Shown here: positions 7,276 to 16,628 of the stretch, in pieces | Numbering within the stretch: position 1 is the first letter of the stretch | Layout: each line of letters opens with the position of its first letter | Source of the DNA: Leidyana gryllorum EB-2025a | Lineage: Eukaryota > Protista > Apicomplexa | Length of the DNA stretch: 20,918 bases | Assembly (NCBI GenBank): GCA_048772705.1 | Contig: JBLWGC010000188.1 | Span: 1 to 20,918 of the forward strand | Reading direction: 5' to 3' | Notes under the pieces: model-generated | What the model was told of the DNA's origin: nothing | Databases searched by the model: none | The model's input: only the letters and a program-made list of their open reading frames with translations | Program-made: the position numbers and the translations under genes

Positions 7276-7393
7276 TAGCCTCTCACGCGAAAGACGTTCC
7301 GCAAGCTTGCTAGCTGTATGGGGAGCCACCGCGCATGTCGAGTTGGAGTGCTCGTGATATGATTTTCCTTCACATGGAGAGTGCCTCTGAAAC

Positions 7394-7466
7394 CGGTCCT
7401 GGCAGGCTTCGAACCTACGACTTTATGGTTAACAGCTACACGCTCTGCCGACTGAGCTACAAGACC
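7394..7466 (-). tRNA. tRNA-Asn: tRNA-Asn(GTT) variant
   Basis: Full length, anticodon-stem mismatch. Confidence 0.8.
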
Positions 7467-7582
7467 CAGTTACAATGGTTCAGAGCTTAGTATAGAGATC
7501 CTCCTTTTTGACCCGCAGGATTCTGCACCACGTCTTAAAAAGAGGGTACGGCTCTCGGCTAAAGCTGCAGCTGAGGGAGTTG

Positions 7583-7655
7583 TCCACTGTAGTCTAAGTG
7601 GCTAGGATATGCGGCTTTCACCCGCACGATCCGGGTTCGAGTCCCGGCAGTGGAA
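7583..7655 (+). tRNA. tRNA-Glu: tRNA-Glu(TTC)
   Basis: Intact TCCACTG/CAGTGGA. Confidence 0.95.
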
Positions 7656-7716
7656 ATCCAGCTGAGCGAGTTCCGTAGGTAACAGTTCCATTCTTACTCC
7701 CACGGAGATAGATCCA

Positions 7717-7789
7717 CACCGCCCGCGGGGCTCGAACCCGCGACTGCAAGATTAAGAGTCTTGCGCTCTACCGACTGAGCTAGGGCGGC
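7717..7789 (-). tRNA. tRNA-Lys: tRNA-Lys(CTT)
   Basis: Intact; differs from Lys(TTT) only at position 34. Confidence 0.95.
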
Positions 7790-8000
7790 AGGAAAGCAAG
7801 GACACAAAACCCGATAGCCTGACATTTGAAGTGGCTCCGCTCTCAGAGCTGGTACCCACAGGTCGTTCGCGTGGCAGGCGGGACTACTCTTTGATACCAT
7901 GTCGGAGGCGCGTGACCCCCCAACCTTGGAGCCCAGCCTTTCCATTCTCTAGCTTCAAACAGACAGGAAACGCTTGAAGTGGCGGGACAGACACCGAGCT

Positions 8001-8081
8001 GGGGGGACGGCTGAGGGGTCTAAGGCGCTGTATGCAAGTCGCACTCCGAGAGGACGTGGGTCCGAATCCCGACTCTTTCCA
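8001..8081 (+). pseudogene. tRNA-Leu pseudogene
   Basis: GGTCTAAGGCGCTG...TCCGAGAGGACGTGGGTCCGAATCCC. Confidence 0.7.
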
Positions 8082-8117
8082 GGCTGCGCCTCACACGGGA
8101 AAAAGAAAGGTTCTGAT

Positions 8118-8187
8118 TGAGCCCAGAGTGATTCGAAAACCCACCTTCTGATCTGGAGTCAGACGCGCTACGTTGCGCCATCGGCCC
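8118..8187 (-). pseudogene. tRNA-Trp(CCA) pseudogene
   Basis: TCTGA-CTCCAGA-TCAGA intact, T-stem broken. Confidence 0.8.
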
Positions 8188-8247
8188 AAGACCATCCCCC
8201 GCTCCAGACTCATTACTTTGTGGTCAGGGATGGAAAATGCGTGTCAG

Positions 8248-8318
8248 GCATCTGTGGTCTAGTGGTAGAATGTCTCGTTGCCATCGAGACGACCCGGGTT
8301 CGATTCCCGGCAGATGCA
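8248..8318 (+). tRNA. tRNA-Gly: tRNA-Gly(GCC)
   Basis: Intact GCATCTG/CAGATGC. Confidence 0.96.
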
Positions 8319-8415
8319 GAGGAGATGGCACATGGTTGATTGTGCCACGCCAGGCCCAGTAGATTTCTAGTCTACCCCCTAACCCGTCACATACGGTTTA
8401 GCAAGCTTGACTCGG

Positions 8416-8486
8416 ACTTCTCGCGCTGCCCGCACCTGCGGTCTCCCATCAAAAGTCTTGCGCTCTACCGACGGACTTGGGGCGGC
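8416..8486 (-). pseudogene. tRNA-Lys pseudogene
   Basis: Same degenerate lineage as 92-164. Confidence 0.72.
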
Positions 8487-8586
8487 GACGAAGCTCGGAC
8501 TTAGTAACAAATTCCATTCGTATTGATCGTTGAATCTTGGGCCTTCTTCGGGTACAGGGAGAAGCTGTATCAGAGATGCATTCACT

Positions 8587-8660
8587 TGGTCACGCCCGGG
8601 CTCCAATTGCGGACTCAGAACTTATTAGGCTCACGCTCTGGCCGCCTGAAGTACGCGACC
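8587..8660 (-). pseudogene. tRNA-Ile(AAT) pseudogene
   Basis: Homologous to 17754 with many mismatches. Confidence 0.78.
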
Positions 8661-8840
8661 GCTTCAGAGTTGAGGTGAACAGTCACTAGCCGAAGGAGCC
8701 GACTGATGTGTTCAGCAAAGCCTTATGATTGGTACTGAACCGGCCACTCCGGTCATTCCAAAGGCAAATACTGACATCGAGAAGGGGCACTACCAATTGG
8801 CACGGGATTCCTGATGGAATGTGTAGCCCGTTCCACTCTC

Positions 8841-8922
8841 GGCAAGGTGGCCGAGTGGTTAAGGCGGCGGCCTGCTAAGCCGTTGGGTTTCACCCGCGTG
8901 AGTTCGAATCTCACCCTTGTCG
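8841..8922 (+). tRNA. tRNA-Ser: tRNA-Ser(GCT)
   Basis: Intact class II cloverleaf, G73. Confidence 0.96.
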
Positions 8923-9125
8923 GTAGCATTTGGGAAAAAGCGCAACTCCTTCAATGATTCAAGGGAGCTTTCTGTCCGACCCAAATCCAACGTCTACGCT
9001 GGGCGCTATAGACAGGAGCCACCTAAAACATTTCAGAGGTCTGTAGAGAGACCCGTGTTGCGTGAGCCAGTTGAGGAAGCGCTAGTACGGATAATTCAGC
9101 AGACTCTTCTGGGATGGGCTGAACC

Positions 9126-9197
9126 GGTTGCGTGGTGTAGTGGTTAGCACTGGAGACTCTGAATCTCCCGACCTAGGTTCGATTCCCGGCGCGACCT
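9126..9197 (+). tRNA. tRNA-Gln: tRNA-Gln(CTG)
   Basis: GGAGA-CTCTGAA-TCTCC; one T-stem mismatch. Confidence 0.92.
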
Positions 9198-9248
9198 TGG
9201 AACTGGTCCTCACTACTTCGTAAAACCTGGCCACTTCCTTTGGTCCGT

Positions 9249-9321
9249 GAAGCCATGGTCTAGTGGTTACGACGTCTGCTTAACACGCAGAAGGTCCCGA
9301 GTTCGATCCTCGGTGGCTGTA
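9249..9321 (+). tRNA. tRNA-Val: tRNA-Val(AAC)
   Basis: Full length, one acceptor mismatch. Confidence 0.88.
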
Positions 9322-9379
9322 GCTCGCAACTTTCAGAATGATAGCATGATGAGTTTGTCGGCGGTTCCGATTTCGACCC

Positions 9380-9452
9380 TGGGAGTGGAGAGGATCGAAC
9401 TCTCGACTTCAGGATTATGAGACCTACGCGCTACCGACTGCGCTACACTCCC
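9380..9452 (-). tRNA. tRNA-Met: elongator tRNA-Met(CAT)
   Basis: GGGAGTG/CACTCCC, U31-U39 as in eukaryotic elongator Met. Confidence 0.94.
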
Positions 9453-9528
9453 CCTCCGACTTTCTCCGAGGAATCACCTGAATCCAGAACCATGCTGCCA
9501 GGCAGGTTGGGTCAAGATACAACAAAGC

Positions 9529-9600
9529 GGGCTGTTCTGGGAATGGAACCTAGGACTTCTTCCACCCGACGGAAGTATCATACCACTACACCAAACAGCC
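9529..9600 (-). pseudogene. tRNA-Pro(CGG) degenerate
   Basis: Perfect acceptor stem, T-loop TTCCATT. Confidence 0.78.
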
Positions 9601-9688
9601 GCCTGTCGTTCGTGCAACCCGCTGAAGACAGTTTAAAAAGTGGTCATCCTATGTTGAGAACCAACAAATGCGATGGGGTATGCACCAC

Positions 9689-9761
9689 GGGCGGCTAGCT
9701 CAGATGGTAGGGCGCTAGCTTCGCATGCGAGAGGTACTGGGATCGACACCCAGGTCGTCCA
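9689..9761 (+). tRNA. tRNA-Ala: tRNA-Ala(CGC) variant
   Basis: Full length, anticodon-stem mismatch. Confidence 0.8.
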
Positions 9762-9861
9762 AAGGACCTACGGCTGCACGTGGCGGGACCCAAACAAACT
9801 TACATCTTTGAAGGGTCGCAGACCACAAGTGCCATTGGGAGAGCAGCGCACTCAGTGTTTG

Positions 9862-9903
9862 GTGGTTAACAGCCGCACGCTCTGCCGACTGAGCTACAAG
9901 GCC
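9862..9903 (-). pseudogene. tRNA-Asn 5' half
   Basis: T-arm deleted. Confidence 0.75.
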
Positions 9904-9999
9904 CAGCTACAATGGTTCAGAGGTTAGTAGAGAGACCCTCCTCTTCCTACAACAGTTCGTACGGGGTGCCCGAGGGAAGGTGTAATCAGTTACACTCTT

Positions 10000-10081
10000 G
10001 GCAAGGTGGCCGAGCGGTTAAGGCGGCGGCCTGCCAAGCCCTTGGGTTTTACCCGCGTGAGTTCGAATCTCACCGTTGTCG
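10000..10081 (+). tRNA. tRNA-Ser body with GCC anticodon (possible pseudogene)
   Basis: Inverted copy of 4835; one acceptor and one anticodon-stem mismatch. Confidence 0.8.
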
Positions 10082-10263
10082 GCAGCACTCGCGGACAGCG
10101 CAATTGCTTCAATGATTGAGGTGTCCGACTCGAATCCAACTGTTTACGCTGGGGGCTGTAAACAAGAGCCAGTTACAATACTTCAGAGGTTGGTAGAGAG
10201 ACCCGTGTTGCATGTGTCCAGTTGAGGGAGCGCTAGTCCCACTCTTCTGGGATGGGCTGAACC

Positions 10264-10334
10264 GGTTGCGTCCTAGGTGGTTAGCACTGGACACTTTGGA
10301 TTTCCCGACCTGGGTTCGATCCCAACCCGACCCT
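10264..10334 (+). pseudogene. tRNA-Gln(TTG) pseudogene
   Basis: Mirror of 4586. Confidence 0.8.
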
Positions 10335-10397
10335 TGAACTGGTCCTCACTACTCCCTGAAGCTTCGCCACTTCTTTTGGGCTGCGGGAACCATCGAT

Positions 10398-10469
10398 GCA
10401 GCCATGGTCTAGTGGTTACGACGTCTGCTTAACACGCAGAAGGTCCCAAGTTCGATCCTCGTGGCTGTA
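10398..10469 (+). tRNA. tRNA-Val: tRNA-Val(AAC) variant
   Basis: T-stem imperfect. Confidence 0.78.
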
Positions 10470-10520
10470 GCTCGCAACTTTCAGCAAGCACCAAAAAAGA
10501 CTCAAGCGAAACCAACTGTG

Positions 10521-10592
10521 CTCCGAGACCGGGAATCGAACCCGGGTCTTCCGCGTGACAGGCGGAAATACTGACCAATATACTATCTCGGA
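10521..10592 (-). tRNA. tRNA-Asp: tRNA-Asp(GTC)
   Basis: Intact TCCGAGA/TCTCGGA; T6 run about 22 nt downstream. Confidence 0.96.
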
Positions 10593-10688
10593 CGCTAGTA
10601 AACATGACGGCCTCCAACCCCAAAAGTCTTTCCATATCCAGAATCCAAGAACAGAAAACTTATGAAGTGACGAGCCAAGAAGACTCCG

Positions 10689-10768
10689 CCCAAGATGGCC
10701 GAGTGGTCCAAGGCGCTGTGTTAAGGCCGCAGTCCGAGAGGGCGTGGGTTCGAATCCCACTCTTGTCA
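10689..10768 (+). tRNA. tRNA-Leu: tRNA-Leu(AAG), acceptor end mismatched
   Basis: Mirror of 4154. Confidence 0.8.
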
Positions 10769-10828
10769 GCCGTTGTATCGGCTCTCGGTCAGCCACTGGA
10801 TGCAATAGGTCTTCCATGTAGAGTGGAT

Positions 10829-10898
10829 GGGCGGCTAGCTCAGATTGTAGAGCGCTCGCTCGCATGCGAGAGGTACTGGATCGATACCAAGTCGTCCA
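10829..10898 (+). pseudogene. tRNA-Ala with 1-nt deletions
   Basis: Anticodon loop and T-stem shortened. Confidence 0.75.
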
Positions 10899-11010
10899 AA
10901 GTACGTACGGCTGCATGGGGGACCCAAACAAACTTCCATCTTTGAAGGGTCGCAGACCAGAAGTGCCATTAGGAGAGCAGCGCACTCAGTGTTTGGTGTG
11001 CCTCCGAAAA

Positions 11011-11084
11011 CGGTCCTGGCAGGTTTCTAAACCTGCGACTTTGTGGTTAACAGCCACACGCTCTGCCGACTGAGCTACAAGACC
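11011..11084 (-). pseudogene. tRNA-Asn(GTT), T-loop altered
   Basis: T-loop TTTAGAAA, otherwise intact. Confidence 0.75.
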
Positions 11085-11202
11085 CAGCTGCAATGTTTCA
11101 GAGGTTAGTATGGAGATCCTCCCTTATTCTACTGCAGGATTCTGCAATCATGTCTTGTCAAAAGGGTACGGCTCTCGGCTAAAGCTGCAGCTGAGGGAGT
11201 GG

Positions 11203-11274
11203 TAGTACTGTAGTCTGGAGTGGCTAGGATATGCGCTCACCCGCACGATCCGGGTTCAGGTCCCGGCAGTGGAA
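11203..11274 (+). pseudogene. tRNA-Glu pseudogene
   Basis: Anticodon loop deletion, altered 5' end. Confidence 0.75.
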
Positions 11275-11333
11275 ATCCAGCTGATGCGCTTGCAGGCAAC
11301 GGTTCCATTCTTACTTCCAGGGATATAGATCCA

Positions 11334-11406
11334 CACCGCCCGCGGGGCTCGAACCCGCAACTGCAAGATTAAGAGTCTTGCGCTCTACCGACTGAGCTAG
11401 GGCGGC
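11334..11406 (-). tRNA. tRNA-Lys: tRNA-Lys(CTT)
   Basis: Intact cloverleaf. Confidence 0.93.
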
Positions 11407-11533
11407 AAGGAAGCCCTAGACTTAGTTACACCCTATTTGCCGTTGGGTGGAGCAGTGGAAGGATTGACTGGTGGAACAATGTGCTCCAGTAACTTACCAT
11501 AATAGTGACTGATGTGTGATTACCAGCTGATCT

Positions 11534-11605
11534 GCCTTCTTAGCTTAGGGGCAGAGCATTCGCTTAGTAAGGAAGAATTGTCCGGTTCGATTCCGGCAGA
11601 AGGCT
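11534..11605 (+). pseudogene. tRNA-Thr(AGT) degenerate
   Basis: 3' anticodon stem scrambled. Confidence 0.75.
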
Positions 11606-11654
11606 TCGCTCACGACCCAATCAATTCTATAACTGTTTCCCTCTTGCGCACATT

Positions 11655-11728
11655 TAGCAGTGCGTCAGTTTGGATCGACGGACCTTTGGGTTATAGAGCC
11701 CAACACTCTTCCACTGAGCTACACTGCT
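11655..11728 (-). pseudogene. initiator tRNA-Met copy with insertions
   Basis: Mirror of 3578 with an 8-nt anticodon loop. Confidence 0.75.
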
Positions 11729-11869
11729 CAGTCTGCAACATGGAAGAGGGAGCCGAAATGCGATTCCTGAGATGTTAATTGCCCTGACTGCCCTACCGAA
11801 GTGGGCTAAAGGGGGTGCGTGTGTTCCTCTGAGGGCAACTTGTCTCGTCGGGTCAACCGACGACCAAGA

Positions 11870-11941
11870 GGGCTTTTATGGGAATCGAACCCAGGACTCC
11901 TTCCACCCTAAGGAAGGATCATACCACTAGACCAAACAGCC
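11870..11941 (-). tRNA. tRNA-Pro: tRNA-Pro(AGG) variant
   Basis: Full length, two mismatches near the 3' end. Confidence 0.8.
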
Positions 11942-12023
11942 GAATCGGGAGGGAATAGCACCGGCTACTCGTACAGCCGTAGAGCCGAAGTGATGGCCAA
12001 TGCCGCCCCGGAATGAGAACCGT

Positions 12024-12109
12024 TGCACAGAATGGGATTCAAGAACCCATGCAGACTTGCGCCTACCAGAACTTCAGTCTGGCCCCTTAGACCACTCGGG
12101 CATCTGTGC
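12024..12109 (-). pseudogene. tRNA-Leu(CAA) copy reading GAA with a T-loop insertion
   Basis: Mirror of 3200. Confidence 0.75.
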
Positions 12110-12269
12110 GGAACTTTCCTTTCTGAGTTCCAGCGTGCAAACGGCTTCCGTTGCGACTGTCGTATTCGGGTGCGGTGTATCGGCCTCCCAGCCCCGAAGA
12201 AGAAGTCGTACGGCCGGGGGTGCTCACTTCCTAGAGCATCTGTCTCGGCGGCTTGTACCACCGATAGGC

Positions 12270-12340
12270 GGCTGTTTGGTCTAGTGGTATGCACTTGTTT
12301 CGGGTGGAAGAAGTGCTGGTTTCAATTCCCAACACAGCCC
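12270..12340 (+). pseudogene. tRNA-Pro(CGG) pseudogene
   Basis: Mirror of 2977. Confidence 0.8.
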
Positions 12341-12501
12341 GTCTGCCGTCTGATAGCTGTTGACTCAACACGGCACGTCTCTCGAAGCTCGGCTGGGATA
12401 TGCGGCTCTCACTCCACCCATACAGGACAAAGTCCCCGACAGCCAAGACAAAATCTGAGTTGTTGACCCAACAGGCGAGGCTGGAACCCGACCATTCAGC
12501 C

Positions 12502-12574
12502 AGACGCCACTGGGACTGGAACCCAAAATCCCCGGTTTCGTAGACCGATTCCATATCCATTGGGCCATAGTGTC
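12502..12574 (-). pseudogene. tRNA-Arg(ACG) degenerate
   Basis: Mirror of 2744. Confidence 0.78.
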
Positions 12575-12661
12575 GACTAACGAGGCCATCAAATGGATGT
12601 ATGTGGTGATCAAGCGTTGTTGATCCCGGCAAGAGTTTCCATTCGAGACGACAGAACATAC

Positions 12662-12731
12662 TGCCCGGGCAGGAATCAGCGTGGGTTTACACGGCCACAA
12701 CGTGCTGTCCCAACCACTAGACGACTCGGAC
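12662..12731 (-). pseudogene. tRNA-His(GTG) pseudogene
   Basis: Mirror of 2586. Confidence 0.82.
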
Positions 12732-12902
12732 AATATTTCGAGTGAAACTACAAAGGTAGCGGGGCATCAATCAGGATGGGATGCAACAGGAGGGTCAGAT
12801 GCTTTACGGACTGCCCTTCTCGAGACCGTCCCCATTTCTGTGAGGTCTTCATGATATGTGTTTCCAGAGACACAACCCCCTTGACCCGTCCGGAAGCCCC
12901 GT

Positions 12903-12953
12903 GTAGCCATGGTCGCACGCAGAAGTTGCCGAGTTTGATCCTCGGTGGCTGTA
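12903..12953 (+). pseudogene. tRNA-Val with internal deletion
   Basis: D-loop to anticodon missing. Confidence 0.75.
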
Positions 12954-13009
12954 GCTCCGCAACTTTCAGCGAGAACCAAAGGAAACAATCCTAAGCGCAA
13001 CCAAGTGTG

Positions 13010-13064
13010 CTCCGAGACCGGGAAGCGACCCTCGTCTTTGTGCATTTGTGATAGGCGGAAATAC
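13010..13064 (-). pseudogene. tRNA-Asp remnant
   Basis: ctccgagaccggga...aggcggaaatact. Confidence 0.65.
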
Positions 13065-13171
13065 TAACCGCTATAGGGACCCGCGGGTTCGGGCAGCGCG
13101 ACCGGTCCGAGTCAAGCTTGCTGAACCGTATGTGAAGCCACTATTGTTGCGGGATGCCGAGTTTGACCGTT

Positions 13172-13253
13172 GGCAACTTGCCCTAGTGGTTAAGGGCGTA
13201 GACTTGAAATCTACTGGGCCTGGCCCGCGCTGGTTCAAATCCAGCAGTTGTCG
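13172..13253 (+). tRNA. tRNA-Ser: tRNA-Ser(TGA)
   Basis: GTAGA-CTTGAAA-TCTAC, long variable arm, G73. Confidence 0.9.
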
Positions 13254-13318
13254 TGCGATGTAATAGGAGGGTCAAACACCAACTCCGCGCATAAAACTCA
13301 ACCATGTGCTATCTCCTC

Positions 13319-13390
13319 TGCATCTGCCCGGAATCGAACCCGGGTCGTCTCGATGGCAACGAGACATTTTGCTCACTTGACCACAGATGC
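13319..13390 (-). pseudogene. tRNA-Gly(GCC), D-arm altered
   Basis: Paralogue of 8248. Confidence 0.75.
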
Positions 13391-13487
13391 GTAACACCTT
13401 GTTGTTGAAGCTCGTACACAATAACGGCCGTTTTGCTTGGAATTGAGAAGACAGGGTCAAGTTCAGCGAGTATGAGAGACGCCTAGT

Positions 13488-13560
13488 CAGTACGTAACTC
13501 AGTGGTAGAGCAGTTGACTGCAGATCAGCAAGTCTGCTGATTCAACTTCGCGCGTGCCCT
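13488..13560 (+). pseudogene. tRNA-Cys(GCA) pseudogene
   Basis: Paralogue of 17488, T-arm broken. Confidence 0.78.
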
Positions 13561-13677
13561 GAAGTTGAGCTGAAACGCTGGAAGATGTTAGACCAACATT
13601 TCTGACCACAGTGGGTTGCAGAATCCTGCGGTAGAAAGAGGAGAGTATCTATACTAACCTCTGAAATATTGTAGCTC

Positions 13678-13749
13678 CGTCTTGTAGCTCAGTCGGCAGA
13701 GCGTGTGGCTGTTAACCACAAAGTCGCAAGTAGAAACCTGCCAAGACCG
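13678..13749 (+). pseudogene. tRNA-Asn(GTT), T-loop damaged
   Basis: Copy of 1794. Confidence 0.75.
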
Positions 13750-13852
13750 GTTTCAAAGGCACCCTTAACACTGACTGCGCTGCTCTCGCAATGGCACTTG
13801 TGGTCTGCGAGGTTGGGTTTGGCTCCGGCCACGTGCTGCGGTACCTACTTTT

Positions 13853-13931
13853 TGGACGACCTGGGTATCGATCCCAGTACCTCTGGCATGCAGAAGCTTC
13901 GTGCGCTTCTGCCATTTTGAGCTAGCCGCCC
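13853..13931 (-). pseudogene. tRNA-Ala with insertions
   Basis: Copy of 1984. Confidence 0.75.
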
Positions 13932-13991
13932 AGAGGCACAACATGGAAGAGCTACTGCATTGGGTAGCTGACCGAGTGCCGATACAACGGC

Positions 13992-14073
13992 TGACAAGAG
14001 TGGGATTCGAACCCACGCCCTTTCGGGGACTGCGGCCTGAACACAGCGCCTTAGACCACTCGGCCATCTTGCC
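13992..14073 (-). tRNA. tRNA-Leu: tRNA-Leu(CAG)
   Basis: 2-nt insertion in the variable arm only. Confidence 0.88.
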
Positions 14074-14168
14074 GGAACATCTTGCCGCAATGTTGTTCGG
14101 CTCGCCGCTTCACACGTTTTCTGTTCGTGAGTCAAAATAGAAAGACTTCTGGGATTGGAGGCCGGCGT

Positions 14169-14218
14169 GTATTTCCGCCTGTAGCCGCGAAGACCAGGTT
14201 CGTTCCCCGGTCTCGGAG
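14169..14218 (+). pseudogene. tRNA-Asp, 5'-deleted
   Basis: Same deletion as 2291. Confidence 0.75.
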
Positions 14219-14272
14219 CGCCGTTGATTTCGCTCAGGATTGTTTCGTTTGGTTCTCGCTGAAAGTTGCGAG

Positions 14273-14324
14273 CTGGAGCCACCGAGGATCAAACTCGGGA
14301 CCTCCTGCGTGTGACCATGGCTAC
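14273..14324 (-). pseudogene. tRNA-Val with internal deletion
   Basis: Same lesion as 12903 and 19568. Confidence 0.75.
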
Positions 14325-14495
14325 ACGGGGCTTCCGGGACTGTGAAAGGGGCATGTGTCTCTAGGAAACACATATCATGAAGACCTCACAGAAATGGGAC
14401 GGGCTGAAGTAGCGCAGTCCGTAAAGCATCTGACCCTCCTGTTGCATCCCATCCTGATTGATGCCCGGCTACCTTTGTAGTTTCACTCGAAGATT

Positions 14496-14570
14496 GTCCA
14501 GAGTCGGGTAGTACGTTCGGGACAGCACGTTGTGGCCGTGCAAACCCACGCTGATTCCTGCCCCGGACGG
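14496..14570 (+). pseudogene. tRNA-His pseudogene
   Basis: Copy of 2586 with extra indels. Confidence 0.75.
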
Positions 14571-14657
14571 TATGTCTCTGTCGTCTCGAATGGAAACTCT
14601 TGCCAGGATCGACGACGCTTGATCACCACATACATCCATTTGATGGCCTCGTTAGTC

Positions 14658-14730
14658 GACACTATGGCCCAATGGATATGGAATCGGTCTACGAAACCGG
14701 GGATTTTGGGTTCGAGTCCCAGTGGCGTCT
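14658..14730 (+). tRNA. tRNA-Arg: tRNA-Arg(ACG) variant
   Basis: Full length, canonical T-loop, acceptor and D-stem mismatches. Confidence 0.78.
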
Positions 14731-14873
14731 GGGCGAATGGTCGGGTTCCATCCTCGCCTGTTGGGGTCAACAACTCAGATTTTGTCTTGGCTGTCGGGGA
14801 CTTTAGCCGCATATCTCAGCCGAGCTTCGAGAGATGTGCCGTGTTCAGTCAACAGCTATCGAAGACGGCAGAC

Positions 14874-14945
14874 GGGCTGTGTTTGGGAATTGAAACCAGC
14901 ACTTCTTCCACCCGAAACAAGTGCATACCACTAGACCAAACAGCC
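14874..14945 (-). pseudogene. tRNA-Pro(CGG) pseudogene
   Basis: Copy of 2977. Confidence 0.8.
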
Positions 14946-15094
14946 GCCTATCGGGTGGTACAAGCCGCCGATACAGATGCTCTAGGAAGTGAGCACCCCC
15001 GGCGGTGCAGCCTTGAGCTGAGGCCGATACACCGCACCCAGACGACAGTCGCAACGGAAGCCGTTTGCACTTCGGAACTCAGAAGGAAAGTTCC

Positions 15095-15178
15095 GCACAG
15101 ATGCCCGAGTGGTCTAAGGGGCCAGACTCAAGTTCTGGTAGGCGCAAGTCTGCATGGGTTCGAATCCCATTCTGTGCA
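15095..15178 (+). tRNA. tRNA-Leu: tRNA-Leu(CAA)
   Basis: Same sequence as 3200-3283. Confidence 0.96.
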
Positions 15179-15258
15179 ACGGTTCTCATTCCGGGGCGGC
15201 ATTGGCCATCACTTCGGGTCTACGGCTGTACGAAGTAGCCGAATATCCCCTCCCATTG

Positions 15259-15342
15259 GGCTGTTTGGTCTAGTGGTATGATCCTTCCTTAGGGTGGTTC
15301 CTTAGGGTGGAAGGAGTCCTGGGTACGATTCCCATAAAGCCC
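15259..15342 (+). pseudogene. tRNA-Pro(AGG) with duplicated anticodon segment
   Basis: TTCCTTAGGGTGG tandemly repeated. Confidence 0.78.
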
Positions 15343-15483
15343 TCTTGGTCGTGGGTTGACCCGACGAGACAAGTTACCCTCAGAACCACACGCGCACCCC
15401 CTTTAGCCCACTTCGGTAGGGCAGTCAGGGCAATCAACATCTCAGGAATCGCATTTCGGCTCCCTCTTCCATGTTGCAGACTG

Positions 15484-15550
15484 AGCAGTGTAGCTCAGTG
15501 GAAGAGTGTTAGGGGCTCAAAGGTCCGTCGATCGAAACGACGCACTGCTA
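15484..15550 (+). pseudogene. initiator tRNA-Met, anticodon deleted
   Basis: Copy of 3578. Confidence 0.78.
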
Positions 15551-15598
15551 AGTGTCGCAAGAGGGAAACAGTTATAGAATTGATGGGGTCGTGAGCGA

Positions 15599-15670
15599 AG
15601 CCTTCTGCCGGAATCGAACCGGAGATCTTTCTCTCTTAAGCAAATGTTTTGTCCCTAAGCTTAAGAAGGC
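15599..15670 (-). pseudogene. tRNA-Thr pseudogene
   Basis: Copy of 3699, anticodon lost. Confidence 0.75.
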
Positions 15671-15798
15671 AATATCAGCTGGTAATCACACATCAGTCAC
15701 TCTGACGGAAGTTCCTGGACCACATTGTTCCACCAGTCAATCCTTCCACTGCTCCACCCAACGGCAAATAGGGTGTAACTAAGTTTAGGGCTTTCCTT

Positions 15799-15872
15799 GC
15801 CGCCCTAGCTGCAGTGGGTAGAGCGCAAGACACTTAATCTTGCCATGGCGGGCTCGAGCCCCGCGGGCGGTG
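15799..15872 (+). pseudogene. tRNA-Lys(CTT) degenerate
   Basis: D, anticodon and T loop changes. Confidence 0.75.
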
Positions 15873-15933
15873 TCGATCTATATCCCCTGGAAGTAAGAAT
15901 GGAACTGTTGCCTGCAAGCGCACTCAGCTGGAT

Positions 15934-16006
15934 TTCCACTGCCGGGACTTGAACCCGGATCGTGCGGGTGAGAGCCGCATATCCTAGCCACTTGAGCTCC
16001 AGTGGA
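15934..16006 (-). tRNA. tRNA-Glu: tRNA-Glu(CTC) variant
   Basis: Loop CT-CTC-AC; D-arm altered. Confidence 0.75.
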
Positions 16007-16126
16007 CCACTCCCTCAGCTGCAGCTTTAGCCGGAGAGCCGTACCCCTTTGACAAGACACTGATTGCAGAATCCTGCAGTAGAATAAGGGAGGATCTCTA
16101 TACTAACCTCTGAAACATTGCAGCTG

Positions 16127-16197
16127 GGTCTTGTAGCTCAGTCGGCAGAGCGTGTGGCTGTTAACCACAAAGTCGCAGGTTCAAACCTGCAGGACCG
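16127..16197 (+). tRNA. tRNA-Asn: tRNA-Asn(GTT) with two 1-nt deletions
   Basis: Otherwise matches the other Asn copies; may be read error. Confidence 0.72.
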
Positions 16198-16312
16198 GTT
16201 TCGGAGGCACACCAAACACTCAGTGCGCTGCTCTCCCAATGGCACTTCTGGTCTGCGACCCTTCAAAGATGTAAGTTTGTTTCAGTGTACCCACGTGCAG
16301 CCGTACGTACTT

Positions 16313-16387
16313 TGGACGACCTGGGTGTCGATCCCAGTACCTCTCGCATGCGAAGCGAGCGCTCTACAATCTGCGAGCTAGCCGCCC
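16313..16387 (-). tRNA. tRNA-Ala: tRNA-Ala(CGC), D-loop variant
   Basis: 2-nt D-arm insertion. Confidence 0.75.
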
Positions 16388-16475
16388 GTGGTGCAGACCC
16401 CATCGCATTTGTTGGTTCTCAACATAGGATGACCACTTTTTAAACTGTCTTCAGCGGGTTGCACAAACGACCGGC

Positions 16476-16551
16476 GGCTGTTTGGTGTAGTGGTATGATA
16501 CTTCCGTCGGGTGGAAGAAGGAGTTCCTAGGTTCCATTCCCAGAACAGCCC
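16476..16551 (+). pseudogene. tRNA-Pro(CGG) degenerate
   Basis: Mirror of 9529. Confidence 0.78.
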
Positions 16552-16628
16552 GCTTTGTTGTATCTTGACCCAACCTGCCTGGCAGCATGGTTCTGAGATT
16601 AAGGTGATTCCTCGGAGAAAGTCGGAGG

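Larger units (their letters stand above)
5270..7380. repeat. Inverted repeat, arms about 5270-5899 and 6760-7380
   Basis: Arg(TCG)-Arg(CCT)-halfThr-Lys and spacers mirrored around about 0.86 kb. Confidence 0.88.
9337..9863. repeat. Met-Pro-Ala module, inverted copy at about 16212-16743
   Basis: aatgatagcatgatgagtttgtcggcgg matches the reverse complement ending at 16743. Confidence 0.85.
9862..13040 (-). repeat. Inverted copy of about 2310-5060
   Basis: Reverse-complement gene order and spacers; also inverted relative to 14200-16387. Confidence 0.9.
13631..16387 (+). repeat. Module A direct copy
   Basis: Same gene order and spacers as 1747-4093, both starting gtagaaagaggag. Confidence 0.9.

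Noticed and set aside
12024-12109. Leu body with a GAA (Phe) anticodon
   Set aside because: Single copy in an indel-rich stretch with a broken T-loop; three sister copies read CAA
13905-13926. gccattttgagctag resembling the dinoflagellate spliced leader
   Set aside because: It is the antisense D-arm of tRNA-Ala
15285-15310. Possible intron in Pro(AGG)
   Set aside because: The extra 13 nt are an exact tandem duplication (slippage or read error) absent from sister copies
10829-16387. Treating every 1-nt indel as true pseudogenisation
   Set aside because: Many private indels sit in homopolymers, typical of unpolished long reads; only lesions shared between copies were used for inference
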